DNA from: Minisyncoccota bacterium
GTDB lineage: Bacteria; Patescibacteriota; Minisyncoccia; Phycocordibacterales; PALSA-1337
Direction of reading: 5' to 3'
Assembly: GCA_041662725.1 (NCBI GenBank)
Contig: JBAZRX010000001.1
Span: forward strand, 85-64,084
Length of the DNA: 64,000 bases
Shown here: piece after piece, positions 37,715 to 47,700 of the stretch
How the letters are laid out: each line of letters begins with the position of its first letter
Numbering within the stretch: the stretch's first letter is position 1
Notes under the pieces: generated by a model
Told to the model about the DNA's origin: nothing
The model's database searches: none
Seen by the model: the letters and a program-made list of their open reading frames with translations, nothing else
Position numbers and translations under genes: made by a program

Positions 37715-37764
37715 GCTCTAATGAGCGTGCAAAGCATCTTAACAGAGGCGTGAAGTGAAGTCAA
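37715..37764 (-). promoter_or_regulatory. Sigma70 promoter plus leader motif restarting the operon at rplD
   Basis: TTGACT-17bp-TAAGAT with extended TG, then ACGCTCATTAGAGC. Confidence 0.75.
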
Positions 37765-37769
37765 ATGAC

Positions 37770-38282
37770 TCATTCTGTTGAATATTTCAATGCAAATACG
37801 ATTGCAGTTATCACTACGAATATACCTATACTATAAGTTAAATATGCCAAAGTATTTGTGTATGAAAGTAAATTCAGCTGTGAAAGCAAGTAATTCCAAT
37901 CATGCATTGAAGAATCCCCTCCTAGCAACGGTAATTGCTGAACTATGGCATCACCCATATAAACAGATACGTTTATTATATTGTACCCAACCCACAACAG
38001 GAGTAACGAGGCTGAAAAAAATTCTTTACGAAAAAAGAAGTAGTTTGCAAAAATAAGCGGAACAAATACTTGAAGAATAGACCCGCCAAGCATTTGTATA
38101 AATTCACCAAAAAATATAAAGATTGAATGACCGGCCTCATGAATAATGAGATCTACATTATCAATAAAATGCCAATCATTTAAATTTGAAATACAATTAA
38201 AAAAATATAACCCTAAAATTATCGTCATTATCAAACGGTAATAATTTATTTTCACTGAGTTGATATTTTTGTCATTACTCAT
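37770..38282 (-). CDS. Membrane protein with HExxH motif (peptidase M50B-like)
   Basis: IIHEAGH, GGS..Q, HDWNYLL; several TM segments. Confidence 0.65.
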   Translation of the reverse strand: MSNDKNINSVKINYYRLIMTIILGLYFFNCISNLNDWHFIDNVDLIIHEAGHSIFIFFGEFIQMLGGSILQVFVPLIFANYFFFRKEFFSASLLLLWVGYNIINVSVYMGDAIVQQLPLLGGDSSMHDWNYLLSQLNLLSYTNTLAYLTYSIGIFVVITAIVFALKYSTE

Positions 38283-38309
38283 ATCTATATCTTAAAAACT
38301 ACTAGGTAT

Positions 38310-39551
38310 TTATTCATAACGAAGCGCTTCTATTGGACTTTTCTTTGAAGCTTGTCTAGCAGGATAACCACCAAATATAAGACCTATAAGAGCCGATACA
38401 GAAAGACCTAGAATTGCACCGTCCCAAGGAAAAACAAATGTCCAATTAACACCTAAACCTTTAGACAAAACTATAGCGGCTATAAGAGCTAGAGAAGCTC
38501 CTAAAATAATACCTATAATTCCACCTATAGCTGTAAGCATAACCGCTTCAAGAAGAAATTGGGTTAGAATATCTCTATCAGTAGCACCTAAGGCTTTGCG
38601 TAAACCTATCTCACGTGTACGCTCTGTTACAGCCACAAGCATAATATTCATAATACCTACACCGCCTACAAACAAAGCAATTGAAGCTACGGCCACAAGA
38701 AACCAAGTTAAAGCAGATGTAATAGTTCCAAGTCTATTAGCCAGATCTTCTTGAGTTTGAACATAAAAATCATCTTTAGAAGAATCGGTAATACCATGAG
38801 ATTCCCTAAGAGTCCTACGAACATCTTCAGCTGTAGACTGAACTTGGTTATCAGTTTTCGCCTGGATAATAAAATGATGATAATACTTAATACCAAGCAT
38901 GTAATTATTTGCTGTTGTGTAAGGAACAACCACTGCCTCATCAAAATTAAATAATGAACCACCACCACCCTTCTCTAAGACTCCTACAATTTTAAGATTA
39001 CGATTCTTTAATTTTATCTTCTGTCCTATTGGATTTTCACCATCAATAAATAAATGCTCAACTACTTTTGCACCTATAACTGCCACATCCGCACGAGAAG
39101 AGACGTCATCTAGAGCAAAGAAATCTCCTTCAGCTATTTTCGCATCGAATATATCAGCAAGAAGCTCCGTACCTCCAAAAATAGATACTTGATAAACTTC
39201 AGATTTATATGAGGCTGAATCAGCACCAGCAACAAGAGGCATAAGTACTTTCAGATCTGGAACATTAGTTAATTTCATGAGCTCTCTTATGTCTTTATCT
39301 TTAAGAGAATCACTAAACATCTGAGCAGAATCAGATGGTCCAGTAGGTTCTCTCCCAGGAGTAACTATTATTGTGTTTGTTCCTAATCCCTGTACTTGCC
39401 CAAGGATAAGCTCTTGTGCACCAGCTCCAATTGAAACAACCATCATAATAGCTGTGATACCGATCACAATGCCTAGAATCGTCAAAAATGATCTTGATCT
39501 ATTCGTAGTAAGTCCGGTTAATGCTGTTTTTATTGAGTGTTTCCAAGTCAT
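38310..39551 (-). CDS. MacB/FtsX-like ABC permease
   Basis: RSFLTILGIVIG, GGVGIMNIMLVAVTERTREIGLRKALGA, PIEALRYE. Confidence 0.93.
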   Translation of the reverse strand: MTWKHSIKTALTGLTTNRSRSFLTILGIVIGITAIMMVVSIGAGAQELILGQVQGLGTNTIIVTPGREPTGPSDSAQMFSDSLKDKDIRELMKLTNVPDLKVLMPLVAGADSASYKSEVYQVSIFGGTELLADIFDAKIAEGDFFALDDVSSRADVAVIGAKVVEHLFIDGENPIGQKIKLKNRNLKIVGVLEKGGGGSLFNFDEAVVVPYTTANNYMLGIKYYHHFIIQAKTDNQVQSTAEDVRRTLRESHGITDSSKDDFYVQTQEDLANRLGTITSALTWFLVAVASIALFVGGVGIMNIMLVAVTERTREIGLRKALGATDRDILTQFLLEAVMLTAIGGIIGIILGASLALIAAIVLSKGLGVNWTFVFPWDGAILGLSVSALIGLIFGGYPARQASKKSPIEALRYE

Positions 39552-39567
39552 AAAATAACAATTTGCC

Positions 39568-40284
39568 TTATTTAACAAATTCATCACTAGCTGTAAGTCT
39601 TTTTTTAACTTTCGTATCACTTTCTATCTCCCCATCCATGAGTCTAATAATACGCTCCGCATGTTCTGCAGTAGAAGTCTCATGAGTTATAAGGACGATG
39701 GTTTTTCCATGTTCTTCATTCAAATGCTGTATGATAGCCATAACATTTTTCCCTGACTTAGAATCAAGATTACCAGTAGGTTCATCAGCAAAGATTACTT
39801 CAGGGTCAGTAACTAATGCCCTAGCGATAGCTACACGTTGTTTCTCTCCACCAGAAAGTTCTGACGGTTGGTGGTACATCCTATGCTCCAAACCAACAGA
39901 TATAACTGCTTTGCGAGCTCTCTCTTCCCATTCATTTTCAGAAACTTTTGAGTAATACAGCGGTAATTTCACATTTTCAAGTACAGATGTGCGTGGTAAA
40001 AGATTAAACATTTGGAAAACAAAACCAATTTCACGGTTACGTAAATCGGCTAATTCATCACTAGTATATGTTGATACATTTTTTCCATTAAAAGTATAAC
40101 GCCCGCCAGTTGGAGTGTCTAAAAGACCAAGTAAATGCAGTAATGTTGATTTACCACTACCAGAAGGGCCCATAATAGCCAAAAACTCACCTTTACGGAC
40201 GGAAAAAGATACTTTATTTAAAGCAATAGTATCTATACCATCATCGTATGACTTTTTTAGGTTGTTTACATCTATTATGTTCAT
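39568..40284 (-). CDS. ABC ATP-binding protein (LolD/MacB-type)
   Basis: GPSGSGKST, LSGGEKQRVAIARAL, ADEPTGNLD. Confidence 0.95.
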   Translation of the reverse strand: MNIIDVNNLKKSYDDGIDTIALNKVSFSVRKGEFLAIMGPSGSGKSTLLHLLGLLDTPTGGRYTFNGKNVSTYTSDELADLRNREIGFVFQMFNLLPRTSVLENVKLPLYYSKVSENEWEERARKAVISVGLEHRMYHQPSELSGGEKQRVAIARALVTDPEVIFADEPTGNLDSKSGKNVMAIIQHLNEEHGKTIVLITHETSTAEHAERIIRLMDGEIESDTKVKKRLTASDEFVK

Positions 40285-40287
40285 GAA

Positions 40288-40374
40288 AATTTAACAATTA
40301 CACAATTAGACAATTTAACAATTGAGACGCCGTGCTTTAATTGTTCAATTGTGTAATTGTTAAATTGTAGAATT
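40288..40374. repeat. 8-mer periodic inverted-repeat element (family A) within the ABC operon
   Basis: ACAATT arrays flanking the core GAGACGCCGTGCTTT. Confidence 0.8.
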
Positions 40375-40375
40375 A

Positions 40376-41902
40376 CTATTTTACATACGTCACAATCTTA
40401 TCCCCTGCTCTCAATCCTGAAATAATTTCAACCATACCATCTGAACCTTTAAGACCAACTTCTACAGGTATTGATACAAAACTTTTACCATCAGATCCAA
40501 GAAGACGCACATTTTTTGTTCCAGAAACATCAATAATAGTTCTTGTAGGAACAGTAATCACGTTACTGCGTTCACGAGTCAGTATATCTAAGTTAGCGGT
40601 CATGCCAGAACGAATACGCTCATCTTTCTGTAAAAAATGTAAAGTAACTTTATAAGTAGGTACGCCTTCCAATATTGTTTCAGCCGGGTCCATAGTAACT
40701 GCTACTGCCGGAAAATCCACATTCTGACCATAAGCATCCAAAGTAGTAGAAGCATAATTACCAATAACAATCTTAGCAATATCAGCTTCTGGAACATAAG
40801 CTTCTATTTTATATACATCATCACTTTGAACTCCATACACAATCTTACCTGCCTGAACAAATTCACCCACACTAGGATCTGCACGAGTAATAATGCCGCT
40901 AATAGGAGAAACTATTCTATCTTTTTCATATTCTGCTTTATATGCTGCTACCAGAGCGGCTTGTGCCGCAATAGTTTGAGCAGATGACCCCGTCTTTCTT
41001 AAAATAAAATTGCTATCAGCTTGTTCATACGCTGACAAAGCATTTTCCAAACCAGTTTTCGCACTAGTAATTGAAGCTATAGCTTGATTCGTTAATGTAA
41101 GGCCTGAGTTTATTGATGAAACATAAGTATCAATAGTAGCCTGAGTTAAACCAGAATTACCTAGATTTAGATTATTAACAATAGTAGAAAGGCTACTCAT
41201 AAAATCTCTCACCACATTTACATACATATCTGCTTTTGAAATAAGAATATTTATATTATCTGTTGATGTTACAGCATCAATATCTGCTTTCCACTTAACT
41301 AAAGTTTCAGCTACTGAAATACGTGACATGTTAATTGTATTTTTTTCAGTTTGAGACTGAGTACGTACTTTTATTTCAGGGTTAGCACTTTGAGGACTAT
41401 CAAATAATGAATCGGCATAGTTTGTAATAGCACTTTGTGCCTGTACATAAGCCGTTCTAGAAGCATCAAAAGCTTCTTGTTTAGCATTCGCAAGAGAAAC
41501 TTTAGCTGTATTAACCTTTGATTGTTCCACTGCAAGTTCTTGTGAATTCAGATTGCGAGATAAATCATCCAACTTAGCTTGTGCTGAAGCAAGATTAGCA
41601 GCATCACCAGAACTGTTAAGCCCAGCAATCAGCGAACCTTTTTCTATTTTATCCCCAACTTTGACATTAATAGTTTTAATAATTCCACCTTTTTCAAAAG
41701 CCAAATCCGCCTTACCAACTGGAGATATTTTACCAGTAACACTAACTTTTTCTGTAATATTACCAACAGTAGCTACAGCGAATTCTATATTAACAGCAGG
41801 ATTTCTATTATAAAAAATAAATACTAGTACAATCGCAAGTATTACTACAAAAATAAAAACATATTTGTTTTTAATATAATGCTTAAAAAAAGATCTTTTC
41901 AT
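40376..41902 (-). CDS. Efflux membrane-fusion (MacA/HlyD-like) adaptor protein
   Basis: N-terminal TM, lipoyl-like halves (VKVGD..., SPISGII), long coiled coil, RSGMTAN, EIISGL..GD. Confidence 0.88.
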   Translation of the reverse strand: MKRSFFKHYIKNKYVFIFVVILAIVLVFIFYNRNPAVNIEFAVATVGNITEKVSVTGKISPVGKADLAFEKGGIIKTINVKVGDKIEKGSLIAGLNSSGDAANLASAQAKLDDLSRNLNSQELAVEQSKVNTAKVSLANAKQEAFDASRTAYVQAQSAITNYADSLFDSPQSANPEIKVRTQSQTEKNTINMSRISVAETLVKWKADIDAVTSTDNINILISKADMYVNVVRDFMSSLSTIVNNLNLGNSGLTQATIDTYVSSINSGLTLTNQAIASITSAKTGLENALSAYEQADSNFILRKTGSSAQTIAAQAALVAAYKAEYEKDRIVSPISGIITRADPSVGEFVQAGKIVYGVQSDDVYKIEAYVPEADIAKIVIGNYASTTLDAYGQNVDFPAVAVTMDPAETILEGVPTYKVTLHFLQKDERIRSGMTANLDILTRERSNVITVPTRTIIDVSGTKNVRLLGSDGKSFVSIPVEVGLKGSDGMVEIISGLRAGDKIVTYVK

Positions 41903-41918
41903 AAACAAATACATTGTA

Positions 41919-41952
41919 CCACGAGGCCTCGCCTCGAGGCGAGGCCTCGTGG
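41919..41952. repeat. Perfect 34-bp palindrome (two overlapping GAGGC-N3-GCCTC REP-like units)
   Basis: CCACGAGGCCTCGCCTCGAGGCGAGGCCTCGTGG equals its own reverse complement; abuts the TACAAT -10 of the adaptor gene. Confidence 0.85.
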
Positions 41953-42166
41953 AAATCGCCATAAAAAGTCTTAAGCAAACAAATATCCGTAGATTTTCTT
42001 AAGTAAAGCAGACAAAAACAAACTAGATATTAAGAAGCACGAAAAATCCCCTGCAGGGGATTTTTCTAGTCCTCAATGATTTTTCTGCTGAAAAATCATT
42101 TGCGGAGCCTCTTCATACCTATTTGTTTTCGTCTGCTACTATTTTATCGCTATGGAACACTAAAAT

Positions 42167-42772
42167 TTAACCCACTATCTCCACAAGCGTTCCCCTTCTT
42201 CCAGGAATAGCTCCTGAAACGTATAAAACACTTTCTTCAGCATCAATGTGAGCAACTTTAAGATTGGTAACGGTAATACGATCACTACCCATACGTCCTG
42301 CCATACGCATACCTACCGGAACATGTGTACGTAAGCCACCACCGATAGAACCTGCTTCACGTTCAGAGTGTTTCTGACCATGAGAACGAGGTCCTCCTCC
42401 GAAACCATGACGTTTTACAACACCCTGAAAACCTTTACCTTTGGAAACTGCTGTAACCATTACAGTATCACCTGGTTTGAACTGTGATATTTCTATCTTA
42501 TCTCCAACTTTAAGCGTAGGACTTTCAACACGAAATTCCTTAACTGAAGCAAATGATCCTAATTCCTTGAAATGACCTTTTTGTGGTTTATTTATACGAT
42601 TTGGATTACGAGAACCCTCGCCTATCTGTACAGCTTCATAACCATCTGTGTCTTTGGTGCGAACTTGTGTAACGACATTTCCACGTATAACTACTGCTGT
42701 AACTGGAATAGCAACACCAGAGGCATCGTATATTTGTGTCATATTCAGTTTTCTTCCTAGAATAAATTTCAT
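42167..42772 (-). CDS. rplC: 50S ribosomal protein uL3
   Basis: G.KLNMTQ, DGYEAVQIG, SKGKGFQGVVKRHGF, GAIPG. Confidence 0.96.
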   Translation of the reverse strand: MKFILGRKLNMTQIYDASGVAIPVTAVVIRGNVVTQVRTKDTDGYEAVQIGEGSRNPNRINKPQKGHFKELGSFASVKEFRVESPTLKVGDKIEISQFKPGDTVMVTAVSKGKGFQGVVKRHGFGGGPRSHGQKHSEREAGSIGGGLRTHVPVGMRMAGRMGSDRITVTNLKVAHIDAEESVLYVSGAIPGRRGTLVEIVG

Positions 42773-42785
42773 GTGAATTTCTGTA

Positions 42786-43172
42786 TTACATCATCTTTAC
42801 ATCAATGTTAACTCCTGATGGCAAGCTAAGGTTAGTTAACGCTTCAATAACTTTTGGATTCGGATTAATAATATCAATCAAACGCTTGTGAACTCTCATT
42901 TCAAACTGCTCACGAGAATTCTTATCAATAAAAGACGCGCGATTTACGGTGTATTTCTTGATTTCCGTTGGCAAAGGTACTGGACCATGGATCTCAGCAT
43001 CATAACGAGCCGCTGTATCCATAATCTGTTTCAATGAAGCATCTAAAATCTTATGCTCATAAGCACGTACGCGAATGCGTAGATGTTGAACCTCGCCAGC
43101 AATCTTAGCTTTTTTAATTCTAGGATGTTTGACTGATTTAGACTCTTTTTTAATTGTTTCTTTTGTTGCCAT
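42786..43172 (-). CDS. rpsJ: 30S ribosomal protein uS10
   Basis: RIRVRAYEHKILD, GPVPLPT, SREQFEMRVHKRLIDI. Confidence 0.96.
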   Translation of the reverse strand: MATKETIKKESKSVKHPRIKKAKIAGEVQHLRIRVRAYEHKILDASLKQIMDTAARYDAEIHGPVPLPTEIKKYTVNRASFIDKNSREQFEMRVHKRLIDIINPNPKVIEALTNLSLPSGVNIDVKMM

Positions 43173-43180
43173 AATATTTA

Positions 43181-43269
43181 ATATTCAACAATTTAACAAT
43201 TCCACAATTTAACAATCAAAACACCGTGTTCTAATTGTTAAATTGTCATATTGTTGAATTGTTAAATTA
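43181..43269. repeat. 8-mer periodic inverted-repeat element (family A) between tuf and rpsJ
   Basis: ACAATT arrays flanking the core AAAACACCGTGTTCT, similar to the 40288 core. Confidence 0.8.
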
Positions 43270-44457
43270 CTACGCGATCACTTTTGTTACAACACCAGCA
43301 CCCACAGTCTTTCCTCCTTCACGAACAGCAAATCTCTGTTTATCTTCAAGAGCAACTGGAGCAACGAGCTTTACTTTGAAAGTAATAGTATCTCCTGGCA
43401 TAACCATCTCAACCTTTTCAGGAAGAGTTACTTCACCAGTAACATCAGTAGTACGAATATAAAACTGAGGCTTATAACCTGTAAAGAATGGAGTGTGACG
43501 ACCACCTTCTTCCTTCTTCAAAACGTAAACTTCTGACTCAAATTCTGTATGAGGTTTGACAGACCCTGTCTTGGCAAGAACCTGACCTCTTGAAACATCA
43601 TCTTTAGCTGTACCACGAAGAAGAACTCCGGCGTTATCTCCAGCCATTCCCTCTTTGAGAGATTTATTAAACATTTCAATACCTGTAACAGTAGTCTTGG
43701 TTGTATCCTTGAAACCTACAATTTCAACTTCCTCACCAACCTTGATCATACCGCGTTCAATACGACCAGTAACCACAGTTCCACGACCTTCAATAGAGAA
43801 GATATCCTCAATAGGCATAAGGAAAGGCTTATCAACCTCACGAACTGGAGCTGGAATATAAGTATCAAGTGCGTTCATGAGCTCATCAATCTTTGTTGAC
43901 CATGTAGCATCACCATTCAAAGCATTTGAGGCTGAACCACGAATAATAGGAACATTTTTACCATCAAACTTGTTCTTCGTAAGAAGTTCGCGAACTTCCT
44001 CTTCAACAAGATCAATAAGATCTGTCTCAGGAACGAGATCACACTTGTTCAAGAAGACTACAATCTTTGGAACACCCACTTGGTAAGCCAAAAGAACGTG
44101 CTCACGTGTTTGTGGCATAACACCATCAGTTGCAGAAACGACGAGAATAGCTCCGTCCATTTGAGCGGCACCTGTAATCATGTTCTTAATAAAGTCGGCG
44201 TGTCCTGGACAGTCAATGTGAGCATAGTGACGAGTAGGAGTTTCGTACTCTACGTGAGACAAAGAAATTGTAACTGTCTTTGTAGCATCACGAACAGTAC
44301 CACCCTTTGTGATATCAGCGTATGCTTTAACATTTGCTAAACCTTTCTTGGATTGAACGGCCAAGATAGCTGCTGTCAAAGTAGACTTCCCGTGGTCAAT
44401 GTGACCAATGGTTCCAACGTTGATATGCGGCTTGTTGCGATTAAATTCTGCTGCCAT
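43270..44457 (-). CDS. tuf: Elongation factor Tu (atypical switch I)
   Basis: [59 protein letters not shown]. Confidence 0.97.
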   Translation of the reverse strand: MAAEFNRNKPHINVGTIGHIDHGKSTLTAAILAVQSKKGLANVKAYADITKGGTVRDATKTVTISLSHVEYETPTRHYAHIDCPGHADFIKNMITGAAQMDGAILVVSATDGVMPQTREHVLLAYQVGVPKIVVFLNKCDLVPETDLIDLVEEEVRELLTKNKFDGKNVPIIRGSASNALNGDATWSTKIDELMNALDTYIPAPVREVDKPFLMPIEDIFSIEGRGTVVTGRIERGMIKVGEEVEIVGFKDTTKTTVTGIEMFNKSLKEGMAGDNAGVLLRGTAKDDVSRGQVLAKTGSVKPHTEFESEVYVLKKEEGGRHTPFFTGYKPQFYIRTTDVTGEVTLPEKVEMVMPGDTITFKVKLVAPVALEDKQRFAVREGGKTVGAGVVTKVIA

Positions 44458-44654
44458 GTGATTATTGATTTAGTGCCCTGATTTTTTGGATCTTATCGTT
44501 AACGGTTGTGTGCAAACGCTAGCGATAGAGATCCAAAAAAAAGGGATAAATTATTAATAGTTAATAAATAATAATGAACTAAAGACTAACAAAACGCAGG
44601 GTCTGCGCTTGTATCATAAGATAGCATAACGCAATAAAATTCGCAAATTTTTTT

Positions 44655-44743
44655 CTACGAATCTACGAATATGCGAATGAAACACAGCATCTGCGATTAT
44701 TCGTAGATTCGTAGCCCATTCGCATAATTCGTAGATTCGTAGT
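44655..44743. repeat. CTACGAAT/ATTCGTAG 8-mer inverted-repeat element (family B)
   Basis: CTACGAAT units followed by ATTCGTAG units; lies upstream of the tuf promoter (TTGCGA-17-TATCTT). Confidence 0.8.
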
Positions 44744-47700
44744 TTACTTAGCAAAATATTCTCCTAAAGAATCCCAAACTGAAGCTCTTCCACTAGTACT
44801 ATTATTTACAGAAGTTGGTGCTGAATTAGGGGTTGGTGTAGGAGTTGGTGTAGGTTTTATTAAATTATAATATTCTGCTGTATTCATCAGAACGCCTTTT
44901 ATATAACTAATATCATAACCAGAATTTACCCAGTAATCTAAACCAGCTTGATCTGGATTACGTTTAAGTAAAGTTACGTACAACTGAGTTATATCATTAA
45001 TTCTTGCTTGTTTTGGAGAAATTGTTGATGTTGGGGTTGGGGTTAAAGTTGGTGTAGGTGTTGGTGAATAATACGGTTTTGTTGTTGGTGAAGGAGAAGG
45101 AGTAATTACTGAAGATTGTGCCTTCACAGTTGTTGTTTGACTTGAAACTATTGATGAAACAGGAATAACCGCAACAGCCTGTGAACCATCGGTGAATTTA
45201 ACTATAAGTTTACCGCCATACCATGTTGTTATTGACTCTTTTTGACCATAGAGCATATAGACTTGAGAACTATATGATGCTTGACCAAGAGGCAAAACGT
45301 CATAATACTTATCATTAAATTGAGTACTTGAGCCCTGTATAACAATAACAAGTGGATATGGCTTTCTACCATAAGAATCAAGTTCGGCACTTGTTGACCA
45401 CGCTTCACCATTATTATCACTCAAAACAGTTATTGATTTTATACTTTTTCCACCAGCACTATTGATTTTCATTTCCATACGCCATCCCCAATCAGATGGA
45501 TCTTTACTTATATACCCACGTCCAGAACTAAATTGATCCCAAGCACCAGCACGATCTTCATTGGCGCTATACACAACAGCTTTAATAGTGCCATCAAATG
45601 TAGGGTAATTCGATGACGGTGTTTGTGTAGGGGTAGGATTTAAAGAAACAGCAGAAGTTTTAATTGTAGACTGTGTTACTTTTGCATATGTTGGTGGAAG
45701 ACTAAGCTTCTCTTCGTCTGATGCTATAACTGTTTTACCATCTTTTACTGAAAGAAGTTCGGCCTTAGCAACAACAGTTTGGACAACACTGGTATTATTT
45801 TTAAATATCACATCAATAAAACCGTCAGGAGCAACTTTATTTTTTACACCACAAGCAAGACCGCCGTTTACATTAGTTGGAGCTGAAGCGACAACACCTG
45901 TAGGACAGACGATTGAAAGAATCCAATCAAACTCATCAACTTGACTGTTTGTAGAATAACGTACACGAATACCTTCATTAGTTCCGATTATTTTTGAAGA
46001 AAGAGTAAAAACAGAAGAAGAAACTGGGGCTGTAATAGAAGATTGTGCCGAATTAGAAACTTTAACTTTTATAGTATTACTTTTTATAGCTTCATTTTTA
46101 GCATTTAAGGACATTAAATATAAATTGTAATCACCATCAACAATAGAAGTAGTTGGCTCATTCCACCAACCATCTGGATGCACGCCACGACCTATTGTGC
46201 TAGGAATTGTAAAACTGAGTTTAGAACCATCGTATAGTGAATATCCTGTTAATGTACGAACATCATGAGAATACCCCACTGACCATGTTTTTGAGCCATC
46301 AACTGTTGTAAGAATAATATTTCCTGTTCTACCAGCACCTGTTGCATAAATTGTTAATAAAGATCCTACTGAAACAGGCTGAGGTGCAACTCGGCTTATT
46401 TCTGGTTGTACTCCACTTACTGGAGGAATAATACTAAAAAAATCATTACTATCATCACAAATATCTGTTCCTGCTTTACATACCCTTGCCTTATATTGAC
46501 CAACAGAAATTTGACTAGGATACGTAGAAAATCCGAGTGACTGTGCATTTTTATTTGATGGTTTTAAATTTAACTGGATAGGACTTGGTATAACTTGACC
46601 AGATGAATTTAGTAACTTTACATCAACTGATTGGGTAGGATCTATGGAATCCCATATAACACTCAATGATTCGCCCTGTGCTATTTTTTCTCCTCCATTA
46701 GGTGAAACAATAACAACACTACCCCTATTAGGAGCTGGAACGTCAACTTTAGCCTTAACCGCTTTTGCATTACATGATGCATTTATTTTTTTTAAAGTAA
46801 AAGGTCCAGCAACGCCAGTTGAAGGAACTCCGATTGATGTTTGAAATGCTTTTACTGCGGCTTTGGTATCAGAACCAAAATATCCCTTCAGAGCATTACC
46901 TAAAGAAATACTCGGAATATCAAAACCGTTATTGATCAACCATGTTTGCAAAGCTACGACTTCTGATCCAGAACTACCTACAGAAAGGCCAGAGTTTTCT
47001 AAAGCAAAGATAGCTGAGAAGTTGTAACACAAACTTATTCCTGAAGAAGCTTTGAATTTAGAGTTAGTTGAATCAACTGAACTATCCGCCACAGTACACA
47101 CATATCCGGTAGGACATCCTTCAGGTTGAACAGCTAGAGGTGTACAAACATAACCTTCAGGACATGAAAAAGGAAGTGTACAAATATATCCAACAGGACA
47201 TAAAACAGAAGATTGCTCTAGTGCATCCCCTACAGCGGCAACAAGTCTTGTATCTCTTGGTACAAGACTAACTGGACTAGAACTCGGCATTGGTGTTGGA
47301 GAAGATGAAGATGTTGGAGAAGTTGAAGGAGTCGGTGTAGGAGATGGAGTTGAAGAAGGTGTAGGAGATGGAGTTGGAGTAATAATCGGTGTTGGGGTAG
47401 GAGTAGAAGCTGGAGATGGCGTTGGTGTTGAAGAAGGAGCTACTGAAGGAGTCGGCGAAGAATAATAACTTGAAGTTGGAGATGGTGAAGGTGTATATGT
47501 TGGTGAGTAAGTAGATGTTGGGGAAGGAGTATATGTTGGGGAATAAGAAGAAGTTGGTATAGGAGTAGAAGTTGGTCTAGGTGTATATGTTGGTGAGTAA
47601 GTAGAAGTCGGAACAGGAGTTGCTGAAGATACTGGTCTAGGAGTAGCTGAGTAAGCAGGAATTGGAGTTGTTGCTGGAACATAAGCAGGACTTGGAGAGA

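Noticed and set aside
41903-41962. N-terminal extension MAISTRPRLEARPRGT of the adaptor protein
   Set aside because: It is the translated palindrome and promoter; the true start is probably 41902
43235-43462. Antisense ORFs over tuf, fusA, ftsH, recG and r-protein genes
   Set aside because: Shadow frames of well-conserved genes with no independent signals
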